From the human T2T-CHM13v2.0 reference genome, Homo sapiens: a stretch of DNA of 64,000 nt. Both the position numbers and the translations under genes were made by a program. The notes beneath the pieces were generated by a model. The model did not search any database and had not been told where the DNA came from. It was given only the letters and a program-made list of their open reading frames with translations. The stretch is taken from the NCBI RefSeq assembly GCF_009914755.1, contig NC_060925.1. The stretch is one strand, 5' to 3'. Within the stretch, counting starts at the first letter, position 1. Every line of letters begins with the position of its first letter. Below are positions 1-15,989 of this stretch, piece by piece.

Positions 1-98
1 TTGACTTCAAGGCTTTGGGAAAATACCAAGTAGCTCCTCTCCTGAAGTAAATTTTATGTAACCTATTCCCTTCATTGAGCACCACAGACTGACTCTCA

Positions 99-470
<372 letters not shown>

Positions 471-525
471 AATCTGCATTTAGCCAAAGTGTTTTCTCTT
501 GTGGATATATATTTTTAAAAATCAT

Positions 526-635
526 GCTGGGCACAATGGCTCACATCTGTAATCCCAGCACTTTGGGAGGCTGAGGCAAGAGGATCACTAGGAGCTCAAG
601 ACCAGCCTAGGCAACATAGTGGGACACTGTCTCCA

Positions 636-669
<34 letters not shown>

Positions 670-850
670 AGCCAGGTGTGGTGGCATGTGTCTGTAATCC
701 CAGCTACACAGGAGGCTAAGGTGGGAGGATCACTTGAGCCCAGGAGGTCAAGGCTTCAGTGAGCTGTGATCGCACCACTGCACTCCAGTGTGGGTGACAG
801 AGGGAGACCCTGTCTCAAAAAAGAAAAAAAAAAGAGAAAGAGAAAAAAAC
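526..850 (+). mobile_element. AluJ-type SINE with expanded (~30 nt) middle A tract
   Basis: ggaggatcacttgagcccaggaggtcaagg right arm; poly-A linker at ~637-667. Confidence 0.9.
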
Positions 851-936
851 ATCAGAGGATTAAAGAAAACCCTGGTTAATTAAGTCACTGAATATAATTA
901 AATAAGCATAATTTGTAGTTAGGAACACAGAGTTTA

Positions 937-1120
937 AGCTGTCCATCATGGCACCCTTATAGTACCAGGTACTTGGGAGGCTGAGACAGGAGGATGGTTT
1001 GAGCCCAGGAGTTGAGGACTATAGTTCACCATGATCACACCTGTAAATAGCTACTGCACTCTAGCCTGGGCAACATAGCGAGACCGCATCAATATAAATA
1101 AATAAATTTTTTTTAAAAAA
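937..1120 (+). mobile_element. FAM-type Alu monomer
   Basis: Single monomer retaining the 7SL-like gtaaatagctactgcactctagcctgggcaacatagcgagac segment. Confidence 0.75.
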
Positions 1121-1638
1121 CCACAGAGTTTAAAGTCAGACAGATTTATGGATTTGGAATCTCAGCTTTATACTTCCTGGCTATGTGAATTTAGGCAGGT
1201 CACTTAAGATCTCTGAGCCTTACTTTCAGCAATTCCCTTATAAAGTTGTCAGAACATTAAAGGTAAACCACATAGCACTTTGTTCTATAAATGGTACTTC
1301 TAAAAAGATACATCTTAGAAACAGATAATATAACTATTGATAGTCATTGCAAGCATTGCCAAAGAATTTACCTGTATATAAGCCTTGCTTAATGTAGGAA
1401 GGACTCTAGAAACTAAATCTTTCAACCTGTGAATGATAGAAACTAAGAATGCTCAGTTTATTTAATTGATTTAATTGATTTAGGTAAACTTTGTTTTAAC
1501 TACTAAGAAAGGCATCGGTCTGCCAGAAGGATAGGTTGGAATATTTAAAACAAAAAATTTGTCAGGACCATTTCAAGATTCATTCTTAAAAATATTATAT
1601 CTTTTATGGGGGAAAATAGTCTTATTTTATTCTACTAA

Positions 1639-1809
<171 letters not shown>

Positions 1810-2080
1810 TAGGTATTTAAATGTTCAATATTTAATGTAGCTTTTATGAGGATAGGTTAAAAGGAAATTAATTTTAAGCAACAGATGATTTGGGAATTGG
1901 AGTTTCTTCTATTATTATAGCATAAATTGCCATATACTGCCATATACTGTGGATTATGAGTCAAGCTATATGTCAAGATAAATATTCAGACTTCAACCAG
2001 CACTTGGCAATTAGGATTAATCTGCAAATTTTTTTACTTTAAATCAGCTTCCCACCAACTTAATTTTTGGAGTACATATT

Positions 2081-2204
2081 ATAATGTAAAATATTTATTT
2101 AAATGTCTTCAATTTAAAAATTTAGGATCAAAGCATCTTTCTATAATGTAAAAGATTTATTTAAATGTCTTCAATTTAAAAATTTAGGACCAAAGCGTCT
2201 TTCT
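2081..2204. repeat. 62-bp tandem duplication (2 copies, 3 mismatches)
   Basis: ataatgtaaaa(t/g)atttatttaaatgtcttcaatttaaaaatttagga(t/c)caaagc(a/g)tctttct at 2081-2142 and 2143-2204. Confidence 0.95.
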
Positions 2205-2314
2205 CAGTTACACTGAAAATTGGGCTTAGAATTAGGAAAATGTTCAAATGTCCTGATTCAAGCTTGTTCCTTAAGTTTAAAAATGGCTTCCAGGGAGCCT
2301 AAGTTTAAAAATGT

Positions 2315-2425
2315 GCCCAGGAGTTAGAGGCTGTAGTGTGCTGTGATTGTGCCTGTGAATAGCCACTGCATTTCAGCCTGGGCAGCACAGTGAGACCCCA
2401 TCTCTAAAAAAAAAAAAAAAGAAAA
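2315..2425 (+). mobile_element. FAM monomer 3' fragment
   Basis: gcccaggagtt...cctgtgaatagccactgc...gagaccccatctct followed by an A tail. Confidence 0.75.
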
Positions 2426-2995
2426 GGCTACCTGGCCAGGGCAAAGGATTCCCATCTAGTCCAATACTAGACTGAAAGGTTGCCTGTATAATTTCTAGAG
2501 TCCCACCTATTAGGTTATCACTATCTCCTCCTGGCTGAAAATTCCTTTCCTCGATCACTCTTTTGACCTAGACTAAAGATTAAGGAGCAAAGTCTTGAAT
2601 ACAGCAGTTAAAATATATTAGGCTATATTTTAACACCATATGTAAGGTGAGTAACTAAATCAAAGCCTAATTTAACCTATGTGTAGTTATCCCAGAAAAT
2701 CAGGAGCAGGTTGCTGAGGGATTGGGACATAGATCAGATAGCATGTGACATGGGAGGGAAAGGTCCAGAACATAGGGTTTGCTGCCTGGGAGAGTAGCTA
2801 TGTAGAGCATAATATACAACTAAGCCTTTTTTGTGGGACCTTGTCAGCAAGGTAAGTTATCATCACGTTGTACAGTTAAAGGGCCAGGCCTTTTAAAATA
2901 TCATTGAAAAAGTTAACAACAGATGAGCTGAAATGAGAAGAATATAATATAAAATAAAGAGATCCAGATCTGCTCTTCTGGTAATCTGGGTCTCC

Positions 2996-4200
2996 TTTTT
3001 TCTTAAACTTTTTATGTTGAAATAATATCAGACTCACAGAAAAAATTATGAAAGTACAAAGACTTCCCATATACTTTCACTCTTCCAAATGTTAACATGG
3101 TATCGTGTTTACCTTATCATTGTCTCTCTTTCCCTCTACACACACACACACACACATACACATACACACACACACACACAGTTTTTTATAAACTCTTTGA
3201 GAGTAAGTTGGAGACATAATCTCCTTTACCCTTAAATATTTCCATGTGGGTTTACTAAAAACAATAACATCTCCTATTACCACAGTACAAGTCTCAAAAT
3301 CAGGAAATTGACATTGACACAATACCATTATCTAATCTATAGCTCGTATTCAGATTTTATTCTGATTCCCCTCTATAGCAAGAGAATAACTTTTTTCCTA
3401 GTCTGAGATCCAACCCAGGATCATACATTGCATTTAATTGTCATGTCTCTATAGCTCCTTCAATCTGCAAAAGTTCCTCAGTCTGTCTTTGTCTTTTATG
3501 ATTTTGATATTTTCGAAGAGTACTGTCTCAGTCAGTTTGGGCTGCTATAACATAATACAATAGACTGGGTAGATTAAACAACAAATATTTATTTCTCTCA
3601 GTTCTAGAGGCTGGGAAATCAAAGATCAAGATGTTGGCATATCTGGCATATTCAGTGTCTGGTGAGGGCATTCTTCCTGATTTGCAGACAGCTATCTTCT
3701 CATTGTATCTTCACATGGCCAACAGCAAAGAGAGAGAGAGAGTGCAAGCTTTTTCCTGTCTCTTCTCAAAAGGGCACTACTACAATCATGAGGGCTGCAC
3801 CCTTGTGCATTAGTTACTTGCCAATGTGTCCTCCTAATACCATCCCATTGAGGGTAAGGCTTTCAACATATGAACTTTGAGTCAACACAAACATGCAGTG
3901 CATAACAAGACCATTGATTTTGAAGAATGTCTCTTAATTTGGATTTGTCTGATGTTTTCTCACGATGTAATTCAGATTACCCACACTACAGAGATAATGT
4001 TGTATCCTTCTCAGTGTATTTTATCAGGAGACATGACATTTTTGTTCTATTCCTCATGATATTAACTTGGATCATTTGGTTAAGGTACTGTCTGCTAGAT
4101 TTCTACACTACAAAGTTATTACTTTTGCCTTTGCAATAGATACATATCTTGTGGGGAGATACTTTGAGACTATGTGTTATGTTTCCCATCAAACTTTTAC
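2996..4200 (-). mobile_element. Old L1M (L1MC-like) 3' end interrupted by an MLT1-type MaLR LTR (~3524-3908); (CA)n at ~3138-3180
   Basis: L1M 3'UTR-like text. The LTR starts tgtctcagtcagtttgggctgctataac and contains the typical cagttctagaggctgggaa segment. Confidence 0.65.
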
Positions 4201-4861
4201 TCATTAAAAGTTTCTGTTTTGAATTTTTGATTTTTAAGTTATATTCTAGTTTTTCTTCAGAATATAGAGTGCTTTAGACTTAAAGATAGTCTTGCTAAAG
4301 AAGCTGTATGTATTTGCTGAAGCCCACATTTTACAGGCTGTCATTTTTGTTTGGGTTACAACATCTAGACTCATACAGAATTTTAGAGCTGAAATGAGTA
4401 TGATCATGTAGACCAACTCCTTCAGTTTACACATAAGAACACCAAGGCCCAGGGATATTAGACTGCTGCCAAGTTACATGGTGATTCTCAGCCTATGCTC
4501 TTTCTACCCTAGCCTAAGGCCTCAATCAGAAAGTGGAACCATAAGCTTAATTCTTATGCTACTTAAACATGGCTGATTATTAAACTGAGCTATATCACTA
4601 AGATACAATTTTGGTAGGAAGAAGTCTGTGGAACAGAGTTGGTCCTGTTCCACAATAGCCATGTCATGGAGGGTCTGATGGCTTTAACTTTCTTTGTTAT
4701 AAAGAATAAAGCTTCTACTCACTTAAGATATACACTACTTTGTCATGTGAGAATTCAGAATACCTAGAAAATGCTTTGTGTTAGTGTCACCATCCTTTGC
4801 AGAAACCCTCAGCAGCTTTCAGTTTGCTATAACGTCAAATCTAAACTCCACTGTTTTATCC

Positions 4862-5386
<525 letters not shown>

Positions 5387-5581
5387 CTTTCTTTACTACT
5401 TAAGTGACTAACATTTATTATCTGTAATGTTTACATTTTTACAATGACCACAAAGATTAGTGATTAAGTAGCATTTTGGAATATTTTTTCCTGCTTACAA
5501 AAATAATGCAAGCTCATTAATAAAATTGTCTTTTACGTTCCTTTATAATCTGACCTCTCCCTTCAATCTTGCCTTATTCCT

Positions 5582-6035
5582 TCTGAGTAGCTGGGACTAC
5601 AGGCACCTGCCACCACGCCCAGCTAATTTTTTGTATTTTTAGTAGAGACGGGATTTCACTATGTTGGCCAGGCTGGTCTTGAACTCCTGACCTCATGATC
5701 TGCCCACCTCAGCCTCCCAAAGTGCTGGGATTACAGGTGTGAGCCACCACAACTGGCCTTCTTTTTTTTTTTTTCCCCTCCTTCCCTCCCTCCCTTCCTT
5801 CCTACCTTGCTTTCTTTTCTTTCTTTCTCACTCAGTTGTCTTTCTCACTCACGCTGGAGTGCTGTGGCACGATCTTGGCTCATTGCAATCTCCACCTCAC
5901 AGGTTCAAGTGATTTTCATGCCTCAGCCATCCGAGTAACTGGGGTTGCAGCATGTACCACCACACCTGGCTAATTTTTCTATTTTTAGTAGAGATGGGGA
6001 TTCACCATGTTGGCCAGGCTGGTCTCAAACTCCGG
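5582..6035 (-). mobile_element. Two partial Alus (5582-5758; ~5840-6035) inside one TSD
   Basis: caatcttgccttatt flanks both sides (5564-5578 / 6036-6050); CT-rich tail between the Alus. Confidence 0.8.
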
Positions 6036-6524
6036 CAATCTTGCCTTATTTCTGCAGCTCCTTACTTTGTAGCCTCTATTCCAATGAAATCATCCTCCTT
6101 ACTTTCCCCCAAATTACTCTATACTCAGTTCTATGTCAGTGCCTTTGGCCATATTGCTCCCCATGCTTAAAATGTGCTATTTGTAGTCTCTTCTCTTATC
6201 TATATCTTCCCAACTTGAAAGGACTAGTTCAAGACCAACCTTCTCCCCTAGAAAGGTTATAGTCCATATGAGATTTTATGGATTTTATGAGATTATAGTC
6301 CATTTTACACACTGTAGTTTCTCTTCAGAGAATTGAAAAGGCATAGGAAACCAAAGGGATCTCTTAAAGTAAACTTAAATTGATCTTTATAATTAAGTCC
6401 ATTGTGTTCTTAGAATCAAACATGTAGAAGCTTTGCATTTTCAGACAGGCTCAGGATATGAATCAGGCAGGCTATTGTCTACCTTAGCACAATACTTTGA
6501 TGGGGATCCATTTTCCTTTCTTAT

Positions 6525-6677
6525 TTTTTATTCCATTCTATTTGTTTGTTTATTTGGGTACAGACACGGGGTCTTGCTATGTTGCTTAGGCTGGACTCAA
6601 ACTCCTGGCCTCAAGCAGTCCTCCCACCTCAGCCTCCCAAAGTGCTAGGATTACAGGCATGAGCCACTGCGCCTAGC
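6525..6677 (-). mobile_element. FLAM/left Alu monomer
   Basis: Left-arm sequence only; TSD ccat(t/c)ttcctttctta. Confidence 0.85.
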
Positions 6678-6850
6678 CCATCTTCCTTTCTTAGAATCAT
6701 TCCCCACCCATCCTTTCTACTCCCTGAAGGAAATGTTTTTTCATTTTATATGAAGATATAGAGTAACCTTTCAGGAAAGGAAATCTTTAGAATCTGTTTG
6801 TCAAAACAAAACAAAAAGACTGAGCAAATGGTTTGCCAAATCACAAAAGG

Positions 6851-7357
<507 letters not shown>

Positions 7358-7808
7358 TGGAAGAAAGTTCTTCTCTGTAAGATATATCTAATATTCTTAT
7401 AGATATAGAAGATATCTCCGTAAGATATATCTAATATTCTTTCTAATGTTTTCTGGCAGCAATATATTTTTGTTTTTATTATATATTATTGCTTTTATGA
7501 ATCAATGAAGTACATTCAAAACTTGAAAACAAAAATGTGTGGTGATCATGTAAAACTCTGTAGATCACATATTTGTGCTTGTTAAAAGGTATAACCAAAT
7601 GCTAAACAGCACTCTGAGAACCCAACCCCAGAGTCCAAAAATACCTTTAAAAAAAAAAAAAAAAAAAAAAAAAAGGGAATTTACATACCCTTATGCCTAT
7701 GGTAAAAAAAAAATCGATTAAGTAATATAACAACTGCAAAGTATTAAATTAAGTTGGAATCAGCCTTCAATTAGGATGTCATTTTATATTATATAAGCCA
7801 ATAGTTAA

Positions 7809-8066
<258 letters not shown>

Positions 8067-8149
8067 TAAATTGGGAAAATCCTATATCACATTAATTATT
8101 CAGAGAGGGTATATTTTATTTGGCTTGATCATTATAAGAATTTGACATT

Positions 8150-8460
8150 CGGCTGGGTGCAGTGGCTTAAGTCTGTAATCCCAGCACTTCGGGAGACTGA
8201 GGCAGGCAGATCGCTTGAGCTCAGGAGTTTGAGACCAGCCTGGGCAACATGGCAAACCCCATCTCTACAAAAAACAAAAATTAGCCTGGCATGATGATGT
8301 GTGTCTGCAGTCCCACCTACTCGGGAGGCTGAGGTGGGAAGATTGCTTGAGCGTGGGAGGTGGAGGTTGTAGTGCGCCATGATTGTGTCACTGCACTGCA
8401 GCCTGGGCAACAGAGCTAGACCCTGTTTCAAAATTAATAATAATAATAATAATAATTTAA
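8150..8460 (+). mobile_element. AluJ-type SINE with (AAT)n tail
   Basis: Full dimer; degenerate TSD aatttgacattc / aatttaatattc. Confidence 0.9.
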
Positions 8461-8595
8461 TATTCATTTCCAAATTATGTGAGTGGAAAAATTAGTTATA
8501 AGCATTCTCCAAAAAGTTCGTCTTTTGATATATTATTACATTTTAAAACTTTTTTCCTGCTTTCAAACAACGAATGTATGCGGCCTGTTACATAT

Positions 8596-8909
<314 letters not shown>

Positions 8910-8912
8910 GTA

Positions 8913-8948
8913 TTCTAATAAAAGGATATATATATCCTTTTATTAGAA
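8913..8948. repeat. Perfect 36-bp palindrome
   Basis: ttctaataaaaggatata|tatatccttttattagaa; the two 18-nt arms are exact reverse complements with no spacer. Confidence 0.95.
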
Positions 8949-10249
8949 GACTTAGAAAGCATGCAAAAGTATAAGGAAATTATAACAACCCTTAATTCTC
9001 ACCAGGGAAAGATGTTAAGATGTTAACATCCTAATTTGTCTTTCTTTTTTCTATATACATACACATATATGTATATTTTTACATAATTATGACTATACTC
9101 TGCAGAGTTTGTTTTTTGCTGTCTCTATTTTACATTGCAAATGATAATTTTTTGACCACTTTTCTCTTATTTATCTATCTATCTGTCTATCTATCTATCT
9201 ATCTTGTTAATTTTGCCCTCTAAAGGTACTTCTACTTTTCTAACCAAAAGTATCTTTCACAGAAACGTGAGGCTTTGGCAAGTGCACTACTCTTCCTGGG
9301 CACATAAGTTAATAGTTGCAATCAAATTTTGTCTGGGAAAAAGTCTAGAACTAAATAATCAAAAGGAAACAATGATGTCAATTTTGACATATACCATACT
9401 AAAGGATACATTCATCAATGAAGTGAGAAAATATAGTCTAGATGTAGACAAAGTTATATCTTTGTAAATGTTCTAAAGATAGAAGGAGATTATTTTGCGA
9501 GTTTGGGGCTCCTAAATATTATGCCCTCTTAAAAGTTGCTTTAACTTTAGAGTAAGCTTTGAGTCCAAGATTCACAATTATGAAACCTAGTTGCAGATGT
9601 GGGAGAGCATCTTGGAGTGACGATGGGGAAGGGGTATGATAATGGTCACAAAAACAGAGAGCCAAGAAGCAACATCACAGCATTTAGGTTTGCTGTAGGG
9701 AAAGAGAAAGTCTAGTTCTTGAGCACTGGAACAGTGTCTTACAGGATTTTTGAGGAAGATTGTTCTAGTATCTCTTTATTAGATAAAATGGAGATGGAAG
9801 ATAGACCAATTAATCTATATATGAGTGATAGATGAAGAGATGGTTGCCTACATTGAGTAAGTGGCAATGAAGATGAAATGGTCAATCTGAAAGTTCTTCA
9901 AAAAGGAGCTGACATAAATAATCAAATCTGACAAAAGTCCACCCAGGTGATTTTGGGTAATTGGCAGGGATACTTGCCGTGGGGAGCAAGGATGTGGCTT
10001 TAATTCATCTAGGGGTGGGAAACCTTGCCATAAGAAAGATAATGGCCTTCCCTCTTAAGAGCTCCTTGATGCCACCTGTTTCCAGGACTTGGTCCAATCT
10101 GCTTCCCATAACTGGGACTCTGAAAAGTCTAGGTATCTGCCATCTGCCTCCTTCTCCTTTTTTTCTCATAATGTTTTCCTACTTGTTTATCTCCTATTCC
10201 CCTCTTCACAGCCTCCCCTCATCATGGGTCCATAACACAACCACATTTG

Positions 10250-13200
10250 GCAAGACATTGTGTATCTACCATGTGTCAGGCACTGTAGGGAGGTACCGAA
10301 GATGTAAAATAAGACACAGTTTCTTATCCTTATGGTCCACATAGTCTGATGGAGAAAAATGGTTAAACAAGGCAGTACTGAGTACTATGGGAACACAAAG
10401 CATGGGCTCTGGCCCAGGCTAATGAATCAAAAAATATTCTTAAAGGAAGTCTGAGTAATCAGGGGCCAAGCAAAAAGATGGGAGAATAATTTTCAGGGGA
10501 GATATGGCATGTTCAAGAGAAAGCATGGTTTGTTTGAGGCCCTAAAAGTGACCTCTATGCTGCTATAGCATGGAGTGTGAAGAGAGGAAATGGGGAACAG
10601 GATGATGAGAATGAAGAGGCAGGCAGAGGCCTGATCATGAAGGGACACGAAGACCTGTATTAGGGAGTTTGGACAGTGGGAAACTACTACAGTGTTTGGT
10701 AGCGTGGAGGATACTAGAACAGGCTAGAGAAGCTGAATTTATTTGGCTCATCTGTCTTTGAGAATAGATGATATTCTTTAGTAATATTCAGCAGTTTAGT
10801 ATAGGCAAGAGAAGACAGTTGGATTTATCCAGGGTTGGGGTTTTGCCATGTGAGTGCAGTGGAAAGACAATGGGGTAAGAGAGTTGACCATTTTATTTAG
10901 ACAGTGATTGAAATAATGAACTCTAAACTCTATATTGGATTTGGAAGCAAGTAAAACAAGGGCTTTTTATCAGTAAAATGGATAGAAAAATAGACAAGGA
11001 ATTGCAGATACTATGATTGCCTTGGGACCAAGTTATATAAAAAGGAAAAGCTGGAATGCAATATTTAATTTTAATATTTCAGAAGTGAAATAGTTGCTGC
11101 TGCTGACAACTCATGACATGGTCATGCAATTAGTTGACAAAATAGGAGAGATGAGAAGGTAATTGGAGAGAAGGAGATGGAAGAAGCGATGCCAAGGCAT
11201 TCATGGGTGGTCTCTATGGGACTTGCAATCTTCCAGTATGATGGCAGGACTTGGGGTGAAGAAGGTGACAGAAAGCCATGAGCCAGAGTCTTCAATTGAA
11301 GTGAAGTAGCAAGTGGTACAGCATACCTAGCATGGGCACATGCACACAGAAGCTGCTTATAAGCCAAGTTGATTGATTGATCCTTACAGTACATCTCTTC
11401 TACTAGATTTTAAGCTCCTTTAAGGTATTAAGGTAATGGGCCGTGTCTTGTTTTTCTGTTTATAGTGCTTTTGTCATAGAGTAACGGACTCTTAGAACTG
11501 GAAGGACCTTCAGGAGATCTTCCAACTTAGCAGTTTTCAAACTTCTACTTCCCAAAACTTTAGGAATTCTGCAGAGGGGCCTCAGAAATTACCTTGTAAG
11601 ATGAGGAAGGACTGATGAGCGGGACCATTGAGCCCTCCATTCCCATTTCACCCAGAGAAGCTCCACTTTTATGTTTCATATATTGGGTTTTGTGTAAGAT
11701 TTTTAATTCAATAAAGGGTCCACAGCTAAAATAAGTTTGAAAACCACTGATATTTAGCTAAGTCTTCTTTTTTCACAAATGAGGTCTCTGAGACCAAGAA
11801 AACTGAAATGACTATTTCATTCACAATCACATACACAGCAAGCTACCAGCAGGACTGGGATGAGGACCCAAGTCTCCTAACGCTGAGTCACGAGAAGTAC
11901 TACTTTATCTGCTTTGGAGAAGATGTAGTCACAAATATCGCAAGGGCAAGAAGGTCTTGGGACACTTGGGTTCTAGGTCACTTTCTCAGAAAATGAGCTT
12001 TATGGTGCTGAAAAATTGCTTAGGGCACAGTCTCTCTATATGTATAACATGAGAGGTAGGGTGGGAGGAACTCTTCTAAGCCCAGACTCTCTTGTTCTTG
12101 ACTATGTCTCCAGTGTCTAGAACAATGCCAGACACATAGTAGGTACTCACAAAATATTTGAGTAAATGAAAATTTCCCCCTACTCCTACTGTGTACAATG
12201 GGTATACAATTGCACTATCTTGCAACTGAATCCGAAGTTGGAATTCCAATAGCAGCCCCAAGCTTATAGAGCCCAGCTGATCTCAGCCTGTCCTTGTTTT
12301 ATTAGGAAGCTTGGGCCAGAACAGCCAGTGGCTTCCTTGACCTTAATGAGCTTTGTTCTTTCCAACACACTCTCATTCACTATTTCATTGCATCGTTTCT
12401 ACCTTTATCAAGGGTTGTTTGATAAGTGTTCAAGTCCATTTTAATTTCAAGTTCAACTTGATGTTGACTTTCTGTCTCCTTCACAGACTACCAATGTATT
12501 TTTCATCCTCCTCCAAACTATTTCTTCCCCAGTCCAATCTGTTCAGTGAATAGCCCCTCCATTCACACATTGATCAAGCCAAAACCTAGGAGTCACCTTT
12601 GATTCTTCCCCACATCTGTTCCACCAACACATCCTGTCACTTCTACCATGAAAACATAAAATATTGAATCTGTTCACTTCTATCTATATTTCCACTGTTG
12701 CTACCCTACTCCATAGCACTGATATCACTCATCAGGACTGTTACATATCTTCCTAATTGTCCTCCCTGCTTCCATACCCTCCTCCCAATCCATTCTCCAT
12801 GGAGTAGCCAAATGGTCTTTTCTAAATGCAAATCGAATAATATTGTTCTCTCTCTTAAAACCCTCTCCATGGCTTCCTATTGCACTTAAAATCTAAACCA
12901 TTACCATGACCCATAAGGCCCTCCATGACTTGGCCTCTACCTACCTCCTCCTCATCTTGCTGCCTTTTAGATCCTCCAACTTTTAAAGGACTTTCCTGCT
13001 TCAGGACCTTTGCACTAAAAGGTTCCCCTGTTCAGAATAGTCCTCCCCCAGCTTTTCATGTGGCTAACTCCTTCTCAGAGTGGTAATTCCTAACTGCCAT
13101 GTCTAGGCAAATTATAACTCCTACTTTCCAAATACTTTACCATGTCACCTTGTTTGTGACTTATCATAGTTGGTAATTATCTTATTTGTTTGTGTGTTTG

Positions 13201-13340
13201 TTTCTTGTCCTCCTCTAGATGTAGGCTATGTGAGGGCACAGACCTGGCTGTGTTGATCACTTATTTGAATCCTTAGTATGTGGAGTAGTGCTTGTCATAT
13301 AGTTGATATTCAACATATATTTGACAAATAAATGACTGAA
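10250..13340. mobile_element. Mosaic of ancient L2/MIR/hAT remnants
   Basis: L2-like phrases (ctaccatgtgtcaggcactg; tttctaaatgcaaatc...cttaaaaccctctccatggcttcc; aacatatatttgacaaataaatga), with a hAT-like ttttcaaactt...aagtttgaaaaccactg at ~11530-11750. Boundaries are approximate. Confidence 0.55.
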
Positions 13341-13425
13341 TCTTTTTCTTCCTCTGTGGGAACAAAGTTTCATCGTTAGCCACCCCTATTCTGTTCTACT
13401 AGGATTTAATTCACTTTAATGATAT

Positions 13426-13532
13426 CTTTTTTATTTTTTATTCATTTTTTATTATACTTTAAGTTCTAGGGTACATGTGCACAATGTGCTGGTTTGTTAC
13501 ATATGTATACATGTGCCATGTTGGTGTGCTGC
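13426..13532 (-). mobile_element. L1PA extreme 3' end fragment (~100 bp)
   Basis: ttattatactttaagttctagggtacatgtgcacaatgtgc...gccatgttggtgtgctgc, the reverse complement of the L1PA 3' terminus. Confidence 0.9.
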
Positions 13533-14206
13533 CTTGCAGGTTTTCAAAATGCCTTTACATTTTACTTCAAAAATCCCAAAAAGCTTATGAGAAAGGAAAG
13601 ACCACCTTGCAAATGAAGAGATTGAGACTCTGAGTGATTGTGCCTTGTAGAAGGTTACGTAAATAGTAGGTGGAAGATACAGGACTAGCACTCATGGTTT
13701 CTACTGTACTGTGCTCTTTCTTGAATCTGTATATGTTTGAGACTGCTGTGCATGTATGCTACTAGAAAAGGAATAGGACAGGGTTGCTGCCTAGATACCT
13801 CCCACCAGTTGAAGACTGGTGACAATTGCAGAAGTATTGCATGATGTAAAAAAGCAGAAGCTGGGGGAAGGGAGGTGTTTCAATAAGAACTAGGTAATAA
13901 ATCCTTTCAGTTAAAAATTAAGAACTACAACAGGAGGAAGCAAAAATTTGAGAGTCATGGTGGGTTTTCCGGTTTTTAAGATGCAGACGTGCTGGCTATA
14001 GGACATGTTCTCAACTCCATATAATTTTTGGCTGATAGTCTGCTTTTGCCCACACAACTTTAATGCAATACATAATATTATTATTATGTGAACATAATAA
14101 TAAAGTAATACATACTATTAGGTATTACTTTTAAAAATCTGTTCAGCCTTCCTTTGGTTTCTAAGTATACACATTTTCTCTTATACCTTTTGAAAGGATA
14201 AATTCT

Positions 14207-14530
<324 letters not shown>

Positions 14531-15099
14531 AAATTCTGTTCTTTTGGGGGAGCATTTATTTTCATGGATTCTTGTCCTGATGTATCAATATCACTTAAAT
14601 ATTAAATCCCTGTATTCCCAGGTATTGCTAGTTCTCCTTAATTTACTAATTAACTGATTCATGTGAATGCAATTTATTTATCCAGCCCATTAATAAAAAT
14701 GTAAAATGGCATTAGCCCAGAATTGTATCCTGGAGAGCACTGCTCATTCCTTCCAAGTCAGGGAAAACTCCTTGACCGCCATGCTCTGAATGTGGCTGTA
14801 CAGGCACATCTCATGGACCCACCAAAGAGGAGGGACACTTAAACCTTGTCTTTAAACTATGGAAACATAACAAAGGCCACTTCTGTTCTTCTATGGCCAT
14901 TATGTATTTACAGAAGGAAATTAAATTGGTCTGGTTAAGTCTGGTCTTTATAAAGTCATTCATCCTTCTTAATGTGACAAATGAGACACCTTCATATATA
15001 TTAAATTTAAAGCACCAATTCATGGATTTTCCATTTTTTAAATGGAAAAATATACTTTAAATGGAAAAATTTTAAAAAAAATTATTTTGAGGTAATTGC

Positions 15100-15960
15100 A
15101 GGAGGAAGGGTTCCTTATTACAGCTGGTGAGGATGGGAATTCCTTTTATCCAGTAGCCTCCACTTACAGCACATGGCTGAGAAGGGGAGGAGTGACTTGT
15201 GACTTCTCTCCCCGGGGCCGCCACTGATACCACAAGGCAGGTGGGTGGGGGTGGCTTATTGTGCTAGGTGGTGGCCTCCTCTGACACCGCCCCAGTGGAA
15301 AGGGAGAAGTGTGCCTCCTCCCTTCCAGGTGGGTTGGAATTCTAAACTCACCACCTGGTCTCCCCTCACACTGCAGGGTAGGGGAGCTCTTTATTATTCG
15401 GCAGGGATAAAAGTCCCTTATCCCTACTTGGCCTTCTCTGACACCACCCCAGTCAGGGAATTGGAATCCCTTATTACAGCCTGGTGAGGGTGGAAATCTA
15501 GGCTCCCAATTTGGGCTTTGCTGGCATAAGTGGAGGTGAAGGCACAGTTTTTTCTGTGACGTTCAGCTGGAGTAGGTAGGTGTCCAAAATTGTGTTTCTT
15601 CCTTGGCCTTTTCTGGTGCTTTGGCTAAAGATGGCAGACTTTTGTTTGGACTTTTTTGTTTTTTTTTTGTTGTTGTTTTTGTTTGTGCTTGTTGACATTG
15701 TCTGGGTTGCTGTCTTCTTCAGCTACAACTCAGGGATCTGTGAGGCAAAAAGAACACCCAGGAAACTCACAGCCATGTCGTTCCTTGGGTCTTGAGTTCC
15801 CTAGCTGGTCTGCCTTCTTCTTTCCACCTTTCAAAGTCTTTTAATGTTTGTTTTATATATAATGTTCGTTTTATATATAATGTTCAGAGTTTTTAGTTGT
15901 ACTTAATGGTAAAAATAGGGGGAAAGTGTGTCTACTCCATCTTCTTCGAAGAAAAAGTCC
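15100..15960 (-). mobile_element. Old L1M 5'UTR remnant (L1MC-like)
   Basis: Reverse complement begins ggacttt...gaagaagatggagtagacacactttcccc, resembling an L1M 5' end; internal ctctgacacc repeats. Family recalled from memory. Confidence 0.55.
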
Positions 15961-15989
15961 ATTTTCTCCATTTAAAAAAAAAATATGAA

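Noticed and set aside
9961-10344. 127-aa non-ATG ORF
   Set aside because: TTG start, runs into an L2-like remnant, and has no recognisable domain or exon signals.
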